Shown piece by piece: positions 33,340-42,683 of a stretch of DNA of 64,000 nucleotides. The stretch spans positions 12,814-76,813 of the forward strand of contig CAVSXQ010000064.1 in NCBI GenBank assembly GCA_963731915.1, read 5' to 3'. The stretch's first letter is position 1, and every line of letters starts with the position of its first letter. Made by a program: the position numbers and the translations under genes. This DNA comes from an uncultured Alphaproteobacteria bacterium. Lineage in GTDB: Bacteria; Pseudomonadota; Alphaproteobacteria; Rhizobiales; Xanthobacteraceae. The notes below the pieces were generated by a model. That model made no database searches, was not told the DNA's origin, and worked only from the letters and a program-made list of their open reading frames with translations.

Positions 33340-34470
33340 CTAGGCTCCGGCCTTCTTGGCGCGCGGCTCGACGCGCGACCCGTCCGACAGCAGCAACTGC
33401 CCGTCAATCACAACGTTTTCGTCGCCCGACAGTCCCTCGGAGATCACCGAAAAACCCTGAAAAGTACGATCGACCTTGACCGGCTGAACCTTGGCGGCGC
33501 CGTCCTTGACGACGAAAACGAAATTGCCGCTCTGGCTGCGTTGCACCGCAATCGTCGGCACCACCACGGAATTTTCAGTGCGGATGATCAGCTTGGTCGA
33601 GACCAGCGTCCCCGGCCAAAGCGTTTCATTGCCGTTGTCCATGACGCCGCGCACGGTGATCATGCCGGTCGTTGCATCGACCGTGTTTTCGACCATCGCG
33701 ATCTTGCCTTCCTCGGAACTCTGGCGGCCCGGGATCGTCGCGATCACTTTCGAGCCGTCCTTGGCCATGGCCTCGCGCAGATCCACCAGCACGCGCTGGG
33801 GAACCGCAAAGGTGACATAGACCGGCGCCATCTGGTTGACGACGGCGAGCGGCTGGGTGTCGGCCGGCCGCACGAAATTGCCGACCTTCACGTTGGCCGC
33901 GCCGATCCGTCCATCAAATGGCGCGCGGATCATGGTGTAGGTCTTCTGGACCTTGAGATTGTCGAGCGCGGCCTGATTGGCCTTGATGGTGGCAACCAGG
34001 ATATCGGACTGGGTCTTTGCGTTGTCGACATTGACCTGCGTGGTCGCGCCCTTGGCGACGAGGTCGGTGTAGCGGCGCAGGTCGCGCTGCGCGCCCTCGA
34101 GCTGCGCCCGATCCCTGGCGAGCGTGCCCTCGGCCTGTTCGATCTGGGCATCGATCTGGCGCGCGTCGAGCGTGAACAGGAGGTCGCCCTCGTTGACCTT
34201 GGCGCCGTCCTCGAAGTGAACCGCAACGATGGTGGTTTCCAGCCGCGACTTCAGCGCCGCGCTCGCAATCGGCGTCACCAGTCCGATAGCATCGACATCG
34301 ACCGGCACCGCCTTGCGTTCAGCCTTGGCCATTTCAACCGAAATCGTGCGCGGCCGTTGCGGCGCCTGCGCACTGGCGTTGCCGCCCATCCAGGAAGATC
34401 GGGTTACAAACGCGCCTACGGCAACGATGCCAACGGCGCCAGCAAGTAAAATCCAGGTTCGTTTTTTCAT
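33340..34470 (-). CDS. RND efflux periplasmic adaptor (MdtA-like)
   Basis: N-terminal anchor; lipoyl-like halves; alpha-hairpin; IRAPFDG; LWPG. Confidence 0.93.
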   Translation of the reverse strand: MKKRTWILLAGAVGIVAVGAFVTRSSWMGGNASAQAPQRPRTISVEMAKAERKAVPVDVDAIGLVTPIASAALKSRLETTIVAVHFEDGAKVNEGDLLFTLDARQIDAQIEQAEGTLARDRAQLEGAQRDLRRYTDLVAKGATTQVNVDNAKTQSDILVATIKANQAALDNLKVQKTYTMIRAPFDGRIGAANVKVGNFVRPADTQPLAVVNQMAPVYVTFAVPQRVLVDLREAMAKDGSKVIATIPGRQSSEEGKIAMVENTVDATTGMITVRGVMDNGNETLWPGTLVSTKLIIRTENSVVVPTIAVQRSQSGNFVFVVKDGAAKVQPVKVDRTFQGFSVISEGLSGDENVVIDGQLLLSDGSRVEPRAKKAGA

Positions 34471-34625
34471 AGTTTTTCACGTCCGCCGGTCCGCAATGGC
34501 CGGGGGATAGTACTGTCCTGCCCCTTGACGGCGAATTTTACGCCTTATTTCTAGACGGTTACCACAGCATTGCGGCACATGGTATGCCACAAATCTAAAA
34601 TGTGGTTAGGAGCCGGGATTTTTCC

Positions 34626-35417
34626 ATGCGTATTGCTACGTGGAACGTTAATTCGATCCGGCAGCGGGTCGAGCACCTAACCAGCTGGCTGAAGGAGTGC
34701 TCGCCCGACATCGTCTGCCTGCAGGAAATCAAATGCGTCGACGAGGCCTTTCCGCGGCTGGAGATCGAGGCGCTCGGCTACAACGTCGTCACCCATGGCC
34801 AGAAGACGTTCAACGGGGTGGCGCTGCTATCAAAGCTGCCGTTCGACGAGACCAAATCGGGGCTGGCCGGCGACGACGAGGACGCCCACGCCCGGTTTTT
34901 GGAGGGGGTGGTGACGCTCAAACACGGCGTGATGCGGATTGCCTGCCTTTATCTGCCCAACGGCAACCCGGCCGACAGCGACAAATATCCGTACAAACTC
35001 AAGTGGATGTCCCGGCTTCTTGAGTACTCGAAGGAGCGGCTTAAGACGGAGGAACCGCTGGTGCTGGCGGGCGATTTCAACGTCATTCCGGCCGCCCGCG
35101 ACGTCTATAACCCCGCGGCCTGGACCAACGACGCGCTGTTCCGTCCGGCGACCCGCGAAGCCTTCCAGTCCCTGCTCGGCCTTGGCCTGACGGACGCCCT
35201 TCGCGCGGTCAGCGACGAGCCGGGCCAATACACGTTTTGGGACTACCAGGCCGGCGCCTGGCAGAAGAACTGGGGCCTGCGGATCGACCACCTGCTGCTG
35301 TCGCCGCAGGCCAGCGATCGCCTGGTCGATGTCGGGATCGACAGCTACGTGCGCGCCTGGGAGAAGCCGTCGGACCACGTGCCGGTCTGGGCGGATTTCG
35401 ATCTGGAGACGGCCTGA
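34626..35417 (+). CDS. xth: Exodeoxyribonuclease III
   Basis: ATWNVNSIR; LQEIK; GDFNV; GLRIDH; PSDHVPV. Confidence 0.97.
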   Translation: MRIATWNVNSIRQRVEHLTSWLKECSPDIVCLQEIKCVDEAFPRLEIEALGYNVVTHGQKTFNGVALLSKLPFDETKSGLAGDDEDAHARFLEGVVTLKHGVMRIACLYLPNGNPADSDKYPYKLKWMSRLLEYSKERLKTEEPLVLAGDFNVIPAARDVYNPAAWTNDALFRPATREAFQSLLGLGLTDALRAVSDEPGQYTFWDYQAGAWQKNWGLRIDHLLLSPQASDRLVDVGIDSYVRAWEKPSDHVPVWADFDLETA

Positions 35418-35428
35418 CAACCAGAAAA

Positions 35429-35460
35429 ATGGTGGGCACGCTCCGCTTTGCCCACCCTAC
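35429..35460 (-). repeat. GTAG-tagged REP-like palindrome between convergent genes
   Basis: Minus strand reads GTAG-GGTGGGCA-AAGCGGAGCG-TGCCCACC. Confidence 0.7.
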
Positions 35461-35479
35461 TTTCGGAGTCACGCAGGAA

Positions 35480-36310
35480 TCAGTCCTTGCGGCCCTGCAC
35501 CCACTGCTCGAGCATCTGCAAGGCCATGGCGCGGTCGTCGTTGGACGCCTTTGCGATCGCCTTGTTGTAGCTTTCCTTGATCCAGGACTCATCCGGCGTG
35601 GCGCTGTCGCGCGCCAGCGTCAGCCACATCAGCCCGCGGGCGCGTTGCGGCGGCATCTGGTCGCCATTGAACAGCATCTGTCCGAGCAAGGCCTGCGCCT
35701 GATGCTGGCCCTTCTGTGCGGCCAGGCCCAGCCAGCGGGTGCCGTAGCGGAAGTCGTCGCGCGAGGCGCCCGAATTCCGCAGATACAGCCGCGCCAGATC
35801 GTATTGCGCATCCGCATTGCCGAAATAGGACGCGGCATAGGAGAACATCTCCCGGGCGCGATCGGGATCGGACTTGATCTTCGAATTGGGGATGCCGCTG
35901 AGGTAATAGCGGCCCAGCGCCACGAAAGCGTTGGCGACGATGGTCGCCTGCGGCGCGGACGGATTGTCCTCGGCATGCTGGTTGGCGATGCGGCTGAAAT
36001 ATTCGAACGCGCGCACATCGTCCTGGGCGACGCCGTCGCCGTTGGCATACATCCGGCCGAGCTTCCACTGCGCGATCGGGTGACCGCCTTCGGCGGCGTA
36101 TTGCAGGGACGTCAGGGAGGAAGGCGCAGCAGCGGCCGGCACGGCCGCGGGCGGAACCGGCTTCTTCAGGGCCTGGGCTGTTCCCGGCTGGGGCGAAACC
36201 ACCGCAATCGGGGCATCCGGGTTGACTGGCGCACCGTCGAATCCGAACGCGGGAGCCAGCGGGAGGGCCCCCAGTACGAACGCAACTATGGTACACCTAG
36301 CTGTCCGCAT
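35480..36310 (-). CDS. exoR: Sel1-repeat periplasmic regulator ExoR
   Basis: Signal peptide ending AFG|FD; AQWKLGRMYANGDGV; YAASYFGNADAQYDLARLY; conserved position next to xth. Confidence 0.85.
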   Translation of the reverse strand: MRTARCTIVAFVLGALPLAPAFGFDGAPVNPDAPIAVVSPQPGTAQALKKPVPPAAVPAAAAPSSLTSLQYAAEGGHPIAQWKLGRMYANGDGVAQDDVRAFEYFSRIANQHAEDNPSAPQATIVANAFVALGRYYLSGIPNSKIKSDPDRAREMFSYAASYFGNADAQYDLARLYLRNSGASRDDFRYGTRWLGLAAQKGQHQAQALLGQMLFNGDQMPPQRARGLMWLTLARDSATPDESWIKESYNKAIAKASNDDRAMALQMLEQWVQGRKD

Positions 36311-36956
36311 AACACTGTTTCTCGTGCGCACCGCCCGGATGGGTTACGGCCCCACCCAATGCCGGCCCAACCCGTTGGGCATATTTCCACAGCGCACCAG
36401 ACCTGTGGTGTGTCTCTCGGACCTTCCATTTGGTTCGCCGCATAGTGAGCGCGGCGCCGGTCAACTTTACGTTAAGACCTGAGGCATCAAGGTCTGGAGC
36501 ACCGGCATCGATCCCGATGATGTTACCATCCTGCAACAGGGCGATCGGGCCGCCGACGTCCGCCCGCTCTTCGCGGTAGAAGCAACCGGCCGGTCCTGTA
36601 AATTTCAGCCTCGACATATCCGCGACCTCGAAGACCGCGCCATCGGGCGCGCACCGCGCCACGTCCTGACGCGGATTTCCTGTCACGCTTTTGAGGTCTT
36701 CGATCGTTCGGCCCGTGACGGTTATGCAATCCCCGTGCAGGTGGCCATGGTCGAGCAACGTTTTCATCAGAAGCGATATATCGGCAACGTGACGCATGTC
36801 TGCGGCAAGATAACGGCCACTCGGCTTCAAACCGGCGGCATCGGGTGTCTTTTTGAAGATTTCCGTCAGGTCGATCGAACTGGCCTGCGCGCGCGAGAGA
36901 CCCTCCGTCACATGACGGCTCGGCTGCCTGATCTCGATGTTGGTCCTGGCGTCCAT
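36297..36956 (-). pseudogene. ilvD: Internally deleted dihydroxy-acid dehydratase remnant (open 219-aa frame)
   Basis: IlvD N-terminus (PSRHVTEG), middle blocks (IFKKTP..LKPSGRY; TVTGRT; FTGPA.CF) and C-terminus (GGPIALL.DG; GALWKYAQ.VG.A..GAVT) are joined in frame. The Fe-S and catalytic segments are absent. Confidence 0.8.
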
Positions 36957-37199
36957 CGCGAAGTCAGTTTCCTCTAGCCGTCTCCAAGCGACCCCTCTTG
37001 GATCCGGGCGGCAATTGCCCCTGGTCCTCGCGAGTCCATCGCAATAACCATGATTTCACGGAGGGGTGTGGCTAAATAGCGGCGGTTCCAAGAGCCGGCC
37101 GGGTTTCCACTCAAATCTTGGCTAAGTGTTGCATCCGCGACACAATCGTTGCCCGACGGCAACCATTATGGCAGTCCAGCGGCCGGAGCGAGGCATGAG

Positions 37200-37727
37200 G
37201 TTGCGGTCTCGCGGCACGGCATGCCCGAGTTGTGCCCTGGCTTTTGCCCTTCCGAAAGGGAGGGCGCAGGGAAAGCCGGGTGCCGACTGCACCCGCGGTC
37301 TCGTGTGCCAAAAGTTGCGCATTTGGCGCACACGAGCATACAGGTTCAGCCGAAACATCCCGGCCTTCCCCGCGCAATGGCTTTACGGCGTACTTCGTGC
37401 TCTCCCCGGTGAGCGAATTCTGGTTTGTCACCGTCGTCTGCGGGACACTTCCCACAAACTTGGCACCAGCAACGGGTGTCAGGACCACACGACTTGGCCG
37501 TACGCCTCGGCGTTTTCGTCCGGCGCTTGGGCACCGTCCTTTCGGAACAATGCCGCCGCGCCTGACGCCAAAGCGTCCATCGCATCCCCGGCCCAACGCA
37601 TCGTGACGATCGCGAAACGCCCCTCGTGCGGGCCGGGATGGCAAAGCAAATGCCAGAGATTTGCCCGACGTGACCAGCGGAATATTTTTGATTTGGGGGC
37701 TTGACACGATTTCTGAAAATCAGAAGT
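37200..37727. repeat. Large structured non-coding element (Bradyrhizobium-type dispersed repeat / candidate ncRNA)
   Basis: Several nested helices are visible, and the overlapping ORFs have no recognisable products. It resembles a multicopy Bradyrhizobium intergenic element, recognised from memory. Ends are approximate. Confidence 0.65.
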
Positions 37728-37820
37728 CATGCCTCCCGGCTTCGTCGACCGCCTTCGACCGAAGGCAGACTTCGACGGGTCAAATGCTACGCCGGGCGCG
37801 GCCGGCGGGTGCGAAAGCGC

Positions 37821-38072
37821 TCACCGCGAGGTGTGGGCGGCGTTCAACGTCCCGTCCAGCATGAACGCCGTCTGCAGCGACATGGTCGCCGCCCGCAAAT
37901 AGGCCGGCTCCTTGATGGCGTTGCTGAGCATACGGATCGCCACCTTCCAATGACCGGCTTCGCGCTGGTCCGGGGTCAGGCCGGCAAGGTAGTCCGCAGC
38001 TTCGCCCACGCTCGCGATGGACTTTCCATCACGAAGCTCAAGAGTGAAAGCGAGAGACGTCGCGTTGTTTAC
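37821..38072 (-). CDS. Small hypothetical protein
   Basis: Coding-like helical sequence TLELRDGKSIASVGEAADYL...HWKVAIRML...AATMSLQTAF; the start codon is uncertain. Confidence 0.55.
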   Translation of the reverse strand, partial: VNNATSLAFTLELRDGKSIASVGEAADYLAGLTPDQREAGHWKVAIRMLSNAIKEPAYLRAATMSLQTAFMLDGTLNAAHTSR

Positions 38073-38417
38073 TTCCAGCAAGGAATTCTCCGCAGCTGCT
38101 GAACCTACCCATAGAGACTTAAGAAGTTCCGCCGCGTGTCCATCTTCACAAATGCTACCCAACAGCCCGCCGTACCCGGAGGGAGGATACGACGGACCTG
38201 TCTACCAAATGCTCTTCAACGGGGCTTCAACGCCTACGGCACGTCCGCCCAAGAAAGTGACGGCCAGTTTCCGGGCTCAGTGGCCGGCTTATAAAATTAT
38301 AGTGGCCAAATTTGATTTTGTGTTCACTCGGGAACTGACGGCCAGGCGACGGCATATTAGGATCGGAACTTCCTCAAACCCGGCGGTGTAGGAACCGCAA
38401 AGCCACGAGGTTGTGTC

Positions 38418-38615
38418 ATGGAGCGTCGCCGTTTCAAACAGACCCAATCCCTTGAAGAACGACTTGCAGAAGAAGCAAAGCGCCTACGCGAGGAAGCCAA
38501 GCGGCTCAAACCTGGCGCGGCACGAGACGAACTAATCCGCAAAGCGCGACAGGCAGAGACTGGATCGCACATGAGCGAGTGGTTGCGATCCCCGGGGCTG
38601 CAGCCGCCAAGTTAG
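38418..38615 (+). CDS. Small basic helical hypothetical protein (65 aa)
   Basis: RRRFKQTQSLEERLAEEAKRLREEA...ARQAETGSHMSEWLRSPGLQPP, a type recurrent in Bradyrhizobium (from memory). Confidence 0.75.
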   Translation: MERRRFKQTQSLEERLAEEAKRLREEAKRLKPGAARDELIRKARQAETGSHMSEWLRSPGLQPPS

Positions 38616-38691
38616 TTCCGTCGGGTAACAGACGAACAAGTTCCCCGCGTTCGACTGGCCTGCCTCTTTCACAACGAAAGAGTCAGACGCA

Positions 38692-38800
38692 ATGGAACGG
38701 TTTTATTTGCACATCAAAGACGGTGACGACGTGTTTCTCGACGACGAAGGCGTTGAATTGCTGAGCGTTGACGTCGCTACCTCTGCGCCTAACCGCGCGG
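38692..38800 (+). pseudogene. DUF6894-like N-terminal fragment
   Basis: MERFYLHIKDGDDVFLDDEGVEL matches the family N-terminus, after which similarity is lost. The end coordinate is approximate. Confidence 0.5.
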
Positions 38801-38893
38801 AGGTTCGTCAAGCCCGGACAGGTATCCCACCGGTCCGTTCCATGCGTACGACCGCACCCTTCGAAAGACCAAGCTGCGCCTCCCGATCGCCAC

Positions 38894-38920
38894 GGAACAT
38901 AGGCGAACGCGGCTATGTTG
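38894..38920 (+). promoter_or_regulatory. Possible EcfG (general stress sigma factor) promoter
   Basis: GGAAC-N17-TGTT about 110 nt upstream of the DUF3606-like ORF. Confidence 0.3.
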
Positions 38921-39027
38921 ATTATCCGGAGACGGAATCTTCGCGAGGAGCGGGACAGTCGCCATCACGGCCAAGAGCGGAGTAACGCCCGCCTGGCCGT
39001 GATCCCTCTGCGGAAAGCGAGCAGGCA

Positions 39028-39195
39028 ATGAACAGGCGCAAGCCGACCTATTTTCGTAATGCGATGGATTTGAAGGACAAGGTTCAGGTGAGGATCTTGC
39101 GAAAGCGCCTGAAACTTTCGCCTGACCAGTTTTCGGCGGTCGTACGCAAGGCGGGAAATTCGATCTCGGCGATTACCAAGGAAGCTGGTCGCTAG
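39028..39195 (+). CDS. DUF3606-like small protein (55 aa; absent from ORF track)
   Basis: MNRRKPTYFRNAMDLKDKVQVRILRKRLKLSPDQFSAVVRKAGNSISAITKEAGR, followed by a terminator. Confidence 0.65.
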   Translation: MNRRKPTYFRNAMDLKDKVQVRILRKRLKLSPDQFSAVVRKAGNSISAITKEAGR

Positions 39196-39246
39196 CAGCC
39201 ATCGATCGACGGCGCGCGAATGCTGCGGCGTGTGTGCCGCAAACAA

Positions 39247-39276
39247 AAAGGCCGCTGCGTGATGTCAGCGGCCTTT
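39247..39276. terminator. Intrinsic terminator hairpin
   Basis: aaaggccgctg-cgtgatgt-cagcggccttt. Confidence 0.65.
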
Positions 39277-39496
39277 CGGCAAAATTGTTAGGTGATGAAA
39301 TCCCTGCCCGGGGCATTGATAGTGCAAAGCGCCGATGCTGTGGATTCCGGTTGACTACGGGAGTTCCCGGTTCCCTGCCGCGCAAGTTCCATCAGAGCAG
39401 CCCTCACCTTTTTGCACGAGTGGACGCGGAACGAGTTTTTGCGTCGTGCGTGAACCCCGTATGAACGGGACGGCAACTGCGTGGAGGAACTCTGCG

Positions 39497-39631
39497 ATGC
39501 ACATCAAGGAAAGCAAGCTCTTGCCTGACGGCGCATCGTCGGAGGGCATCATGGCCGACATCAGCCTCGGCGTGACGGTGACGAGCCTCTACACCCTCGT
39601 TGGATTGGGGATCGTTCTCGCGTTTATGTGA
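39497..39631 (+). CDS. Small membrane protein (44 aa)
   Basis: GGAGG RBS; MHIKESKLLPDG... ends in the hydrophobic segment LYTLVGLGIVLAFM. Confidence 0.55.
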   Translation: MHIKESKLLPDGASSEGIMADISLGVTVTSLYTLVGLGIVLAFM

Positions 39632-39667
39632 GGGCGCGGGTTTCAATGAAGCGGAGAGCGCTTCCGG

Positions 39668-40876
39668 TTAGCCGCCCGGCACAACCGGCAACCGGTTGAT
39701 CGCCTTCAACCCCGGCCGCTTGCGCCAGATGATCTCGGACTCGTCCACCGCGAGCGCGAGTTTCGGCCAGCGCTTGAACAGCGATTTCAGCGCGCACTTG
39801 CCTTCGATCCGCGCCAGCTGATGGCCGAGGCAAAAATGAATGCCGGTGCCGAAGGCGATGTGCCGGTTCGGCCGGCGCGCAAGATCGAGCCGCTCCGGAT
39901 GCGGATTGGCCGCGGGGTCCATGTTGGCCGCCGCCAGCATCGCCATGATGCGGTCGCCGCGCTTGACCGTGACGCCGCCGAGGTCGACGTCCCGGCGCAC
40001 GTAGCGCGGCTTTGTGAACTGCACCGGCGTGATGAAGCGCAGAAATTCCTCGACCGCGAGATCGGCGCGGCCCCAGTCTTCCTCGAGCCAGTCGCGCAGG
40101 CCGGGGTTTTTCAGGAGCTCATGCACGGAGCCGCTGATCAGATGCGTCGTGGTCTCGTGCCCGGCGAACAGCAGCAGGAACACCATGGAGACGATTTCAT
40201 TGGGGCTGATCCGGCCGCCTTCCTTTTCGACGCGCACGATCTCGGCGATCAGCCCTTCGCCACCCTTTTCGCGCACGGTTTCGAGATGCGCCTCGATGTA
40301 GCGCTTCATGGCAAAGATTTTTGGCATCATGCCGAAAAATCCCATGGCGCCGGTGAAGCGGGTGAAGCCTGAGGCCCAGGCGGTGAACTTTGGCCGGTCG
40401 GCCTCGGGCAGACCGAGCAACTCGCAAATCACCGACAGCGGCAGTTTTCGCGCATAGCGCTCGACGAGATCGGCCGGGCTTCCCTCGCTGAACAACTCAT
40501 CGGCGAGCCGGTCGGCGGTGGCCTGAATGTGCGGCTCCATGTCCAGCACGGCGCGGCGGCGAAACGCCTCGTCGACGATATCGCGCAGCCGCTTGTGGTG
40601 CGGCTCGTCCATCGAGAGCATGCTGTTGGCGAGCGTGCGGACGATGCCCGGCATCCACCAGCGCAATCCCGCCACCGTGCCGTCGTCCTTGCGGATGGTG
40701 AAGGTGTCGGTGTCTTTCAGCACCTGATCGGCCAGCGCCTGCGTGGTGGTCGCCCACACCGTGCCGATGATCGGAAAGCGCACTTCCACCACCGGACCCT
40801 GGCCGCGCAGCTTTTCCATCGAGGCTGCGGGGTTGCGAAAAAACTCCTGGCTGGTGAAATCCGGACGTAGCGTCAT
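39668..40876 (-). CDS. Cytochrome P450
   Basis: AGHETT I-helix; EEFLR (ExxR); FGTGIHFCLG heme motif. Confidence 0.95.
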   Translation of the reverse strand: MTLRPDFTSQEFFRNPAASMEKLRGQGPVVEVRFPIIGTVWATTTQALADQVLKDTDTFTIRKDDGTVAGLRWWMPGIVRTLANSMLSMDEPHHKRLRDIVDEAFRRRAVLDMEPHIQATADRLADELFSEGSPADLVERYARKLPLSVICELLGLPEADRPKFTAWASGFTRFTGAMGFFGMMPKIFAMKRYIEAHLETVREKGGEGLIAEIVRVEKEGGRISPNEIVSMVFLLLFAGHETTTHLISGSVHELLKNPGLRDWLEEDWGRADLAVEEFLRFITPVQFTKPRYVRRDVDLGGVTVKRGDRIMAMLAAANMDPAANPHPERLDLARRPNRHIAFGTGIHFCLGHQLARIEGKCALKSLFKRWPKLALAVDESEIIWRKRPGLKAINRLPVVPGG

Positions 40877-41005
40877 GGGCGTCTCCTGCCCCGACAGGTG
40901 CGCTATCCATTGCGGCATTTCAAGAGCGGGCGGCCAAGGCGGACATCACGGTCCCGTCGCTGGCATAAGCCGATACGATGGCTTATCCTGAGCCGGGGGA
41001 AGGCA

Positions 41006-42493
41006 ATGAGACGGCGCTCCGGGGCAGACGGCGGACCAGATAAATCGCGAAAACGCACGGCGACGACGCGAAAGAGCGGCGATGCGCCAAAAGCTGCGCC
41101 CGTCTCCACCCCCGACAACGCGAAAACCGACGCCGCGCAACTTGCCCTCGAACTCCGGGAGGCCAGGGAACGGCAGGCCGCGACATCCGAGGTCTTGAGC
41201 CTCATCGCCGACGCGCCGACCGACCTGCTGCCGGTGTTCGACAGGATCGTTAGAAATGCCGCGCGGATATGCCAGAGTGTGCTGAGCGCCGTTTATCGGA
41301 CGGACGGGGATCAGGTCCACCTTGTCGCCCACGATCAATTCTCCCCGGAATCGGTGGCGGCGGTGCGAAAGGCCTATCCCGCCCCGCTCACCAGCAAGAA
41401 TTTGATCTCGGTCGCCATCCGCGAGCGGCGCGTCGTGCACGAGCCGGATGTGCTCGTCTCCGGCGGCTACTAGCGAGCTGCAGCGGACATCGGGCTATCG
41501 CAGCATCCTCATCGTGCCCATGCTTCGCGACGAGGCCGCGGTCGGCGCGATCGCGGTGATGCGGCTCGAGCCGCAACTGTTCCCCAGGGCGCAGGTCGAG
41601 CTCTTGAAGACCTTTGCCGGTCAGGCGGTCATCGCCATCGAGAACACGCGGCTGTTCACCGAGGTGCAGGAACGCACCCGGCAATTGTCGCAATCGCTTG
41701 AAGAGCTGCGCGCCGCACAGGACGGTCTCGTGCAGACCGAAAAGCTGGCCGCGCTGGGACGGCTGGTGGCGGGGGTCGCGCACGAGCTCAACACCCCGGT
41801 CGGCACCAGCCTGACGGTTGCCTCGGCATTCATCGACAGGACCAAACGATTTGAGGCTAATGTCGCCAGCGGCGATGTGCGCCGGTCGGCCCTGACTGAA
41901 TTCATTGCGTCAAGCCGCGAGGCGGCTTCCCAGATCATGCTCAATCTTGGCAACGCGGTTGATCTAATACAGTCTTCAAGCAGGTCGCGGCCGATCGCAA
42001 CATTTCGGATCGCCGATATTTTGATCTCGGCCAGGTCACCGAACAGGCGGTCAGGGGATTGCGGTTCGGCCTGCGAAGCGAAAACCTTGCGGTCATCATC
42101 GAATGCGAGCCTGATCTCGCCATGAACAGCTATCCCGGACCTTACGGCCAGATGCTGACGAACCTTGTCCTCAACGCCGCGACGCACGCCTTTCCGGATG
42201 GGACGCGTGGATCCGTCCATATTGCGGCGCGGGCATTGGGCAAGGAAAATGTTGAAGTGCTGTTTTCAGACGACGGCTGCGGCATGAGCCCGGAGGTCAT
42301 GTGCCAGGTGTTCGACCCGTTCTTCACCACAAGGCGCGATCAGGGCAGCACCGGGCTCGGATTGCACATCGTCCACAACATCGTGATCAATCGTCTGGGC
42401 GGCCGGATCAGTCTGGAAACCAGACCCGGCGCAGGAACGAAAATCAGGATCGTCTTTCCGCGCGAAGCACCGCTGGAGCTTGCTGCCGAATAA
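41006..42493 (+). CDS. Cytoplasmic GAF-domain sensor histidine kinase (frameshifts near 41470 and 41975)
   Basis: GAF (LLKTFAGQAVIAIENTRLF); H-box AGVAHELNTP; N-box NLVLNA; DDGCG; FDPFFTT; GTGLGL. The gene is spread over three frames. Confidence 0.88.
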
Positions 42494-42519
42494 GGCGCGT
42501 GGCGCGACCCGGCTTCCTC

Positions 42520-42642
42520 GTCGTCCCTGCGAAAGCAGGGACCCATACTCCGTGGCCGGTGTTGATAAAAAAGAAAGCACAACCAACAGTTCGCGAATAA
42601 CTAACGCCTGTGGTTATGGGTCCCTGCTTTCGCAGGGACGAC
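42520..42642. repeat. CGTC-tagged REP doublet (REPIN-like)
   Basis: gtcgtccctgcgaaagcagggacccata...tatgggtccctgctttcgcagggacgac long inverted repeat. Confidence 0.85.
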
Positions 42643-42683
42643 AATTTTGCGTTGGCGCGCGCTTGAACCTAAACGCATCCGCG

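Noticed and set aside
30172..34449. 1425-aa plus-strand ORF
   Set aside because: It is an antisense shadow of the RND permease and adaptor genes, typical of high-GC codon bias. The same applies to other long antisense ORFs such as 8107..9534, 18173..19528 and 43844..45160.
37111..37730. Overlapping ORFs of 78-198 aa
   Set aside because: None has recognisable motifs, and all coincide with the structured repeat element.
36960..39660. tRNA gene or integration site at the island boundary
   Set aside because: No cloverleaf or T-loop (GTTCGA) motif, integrase or flanking direct repeat was found by eye.
41468..41476. In-frame TAG in the GAF kinase as possible readthrough or pyrrolysine
   Set aside because: The downstream domain is in a different frame. 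A one-base insertion (TAC-T-AGC) explains the stop.
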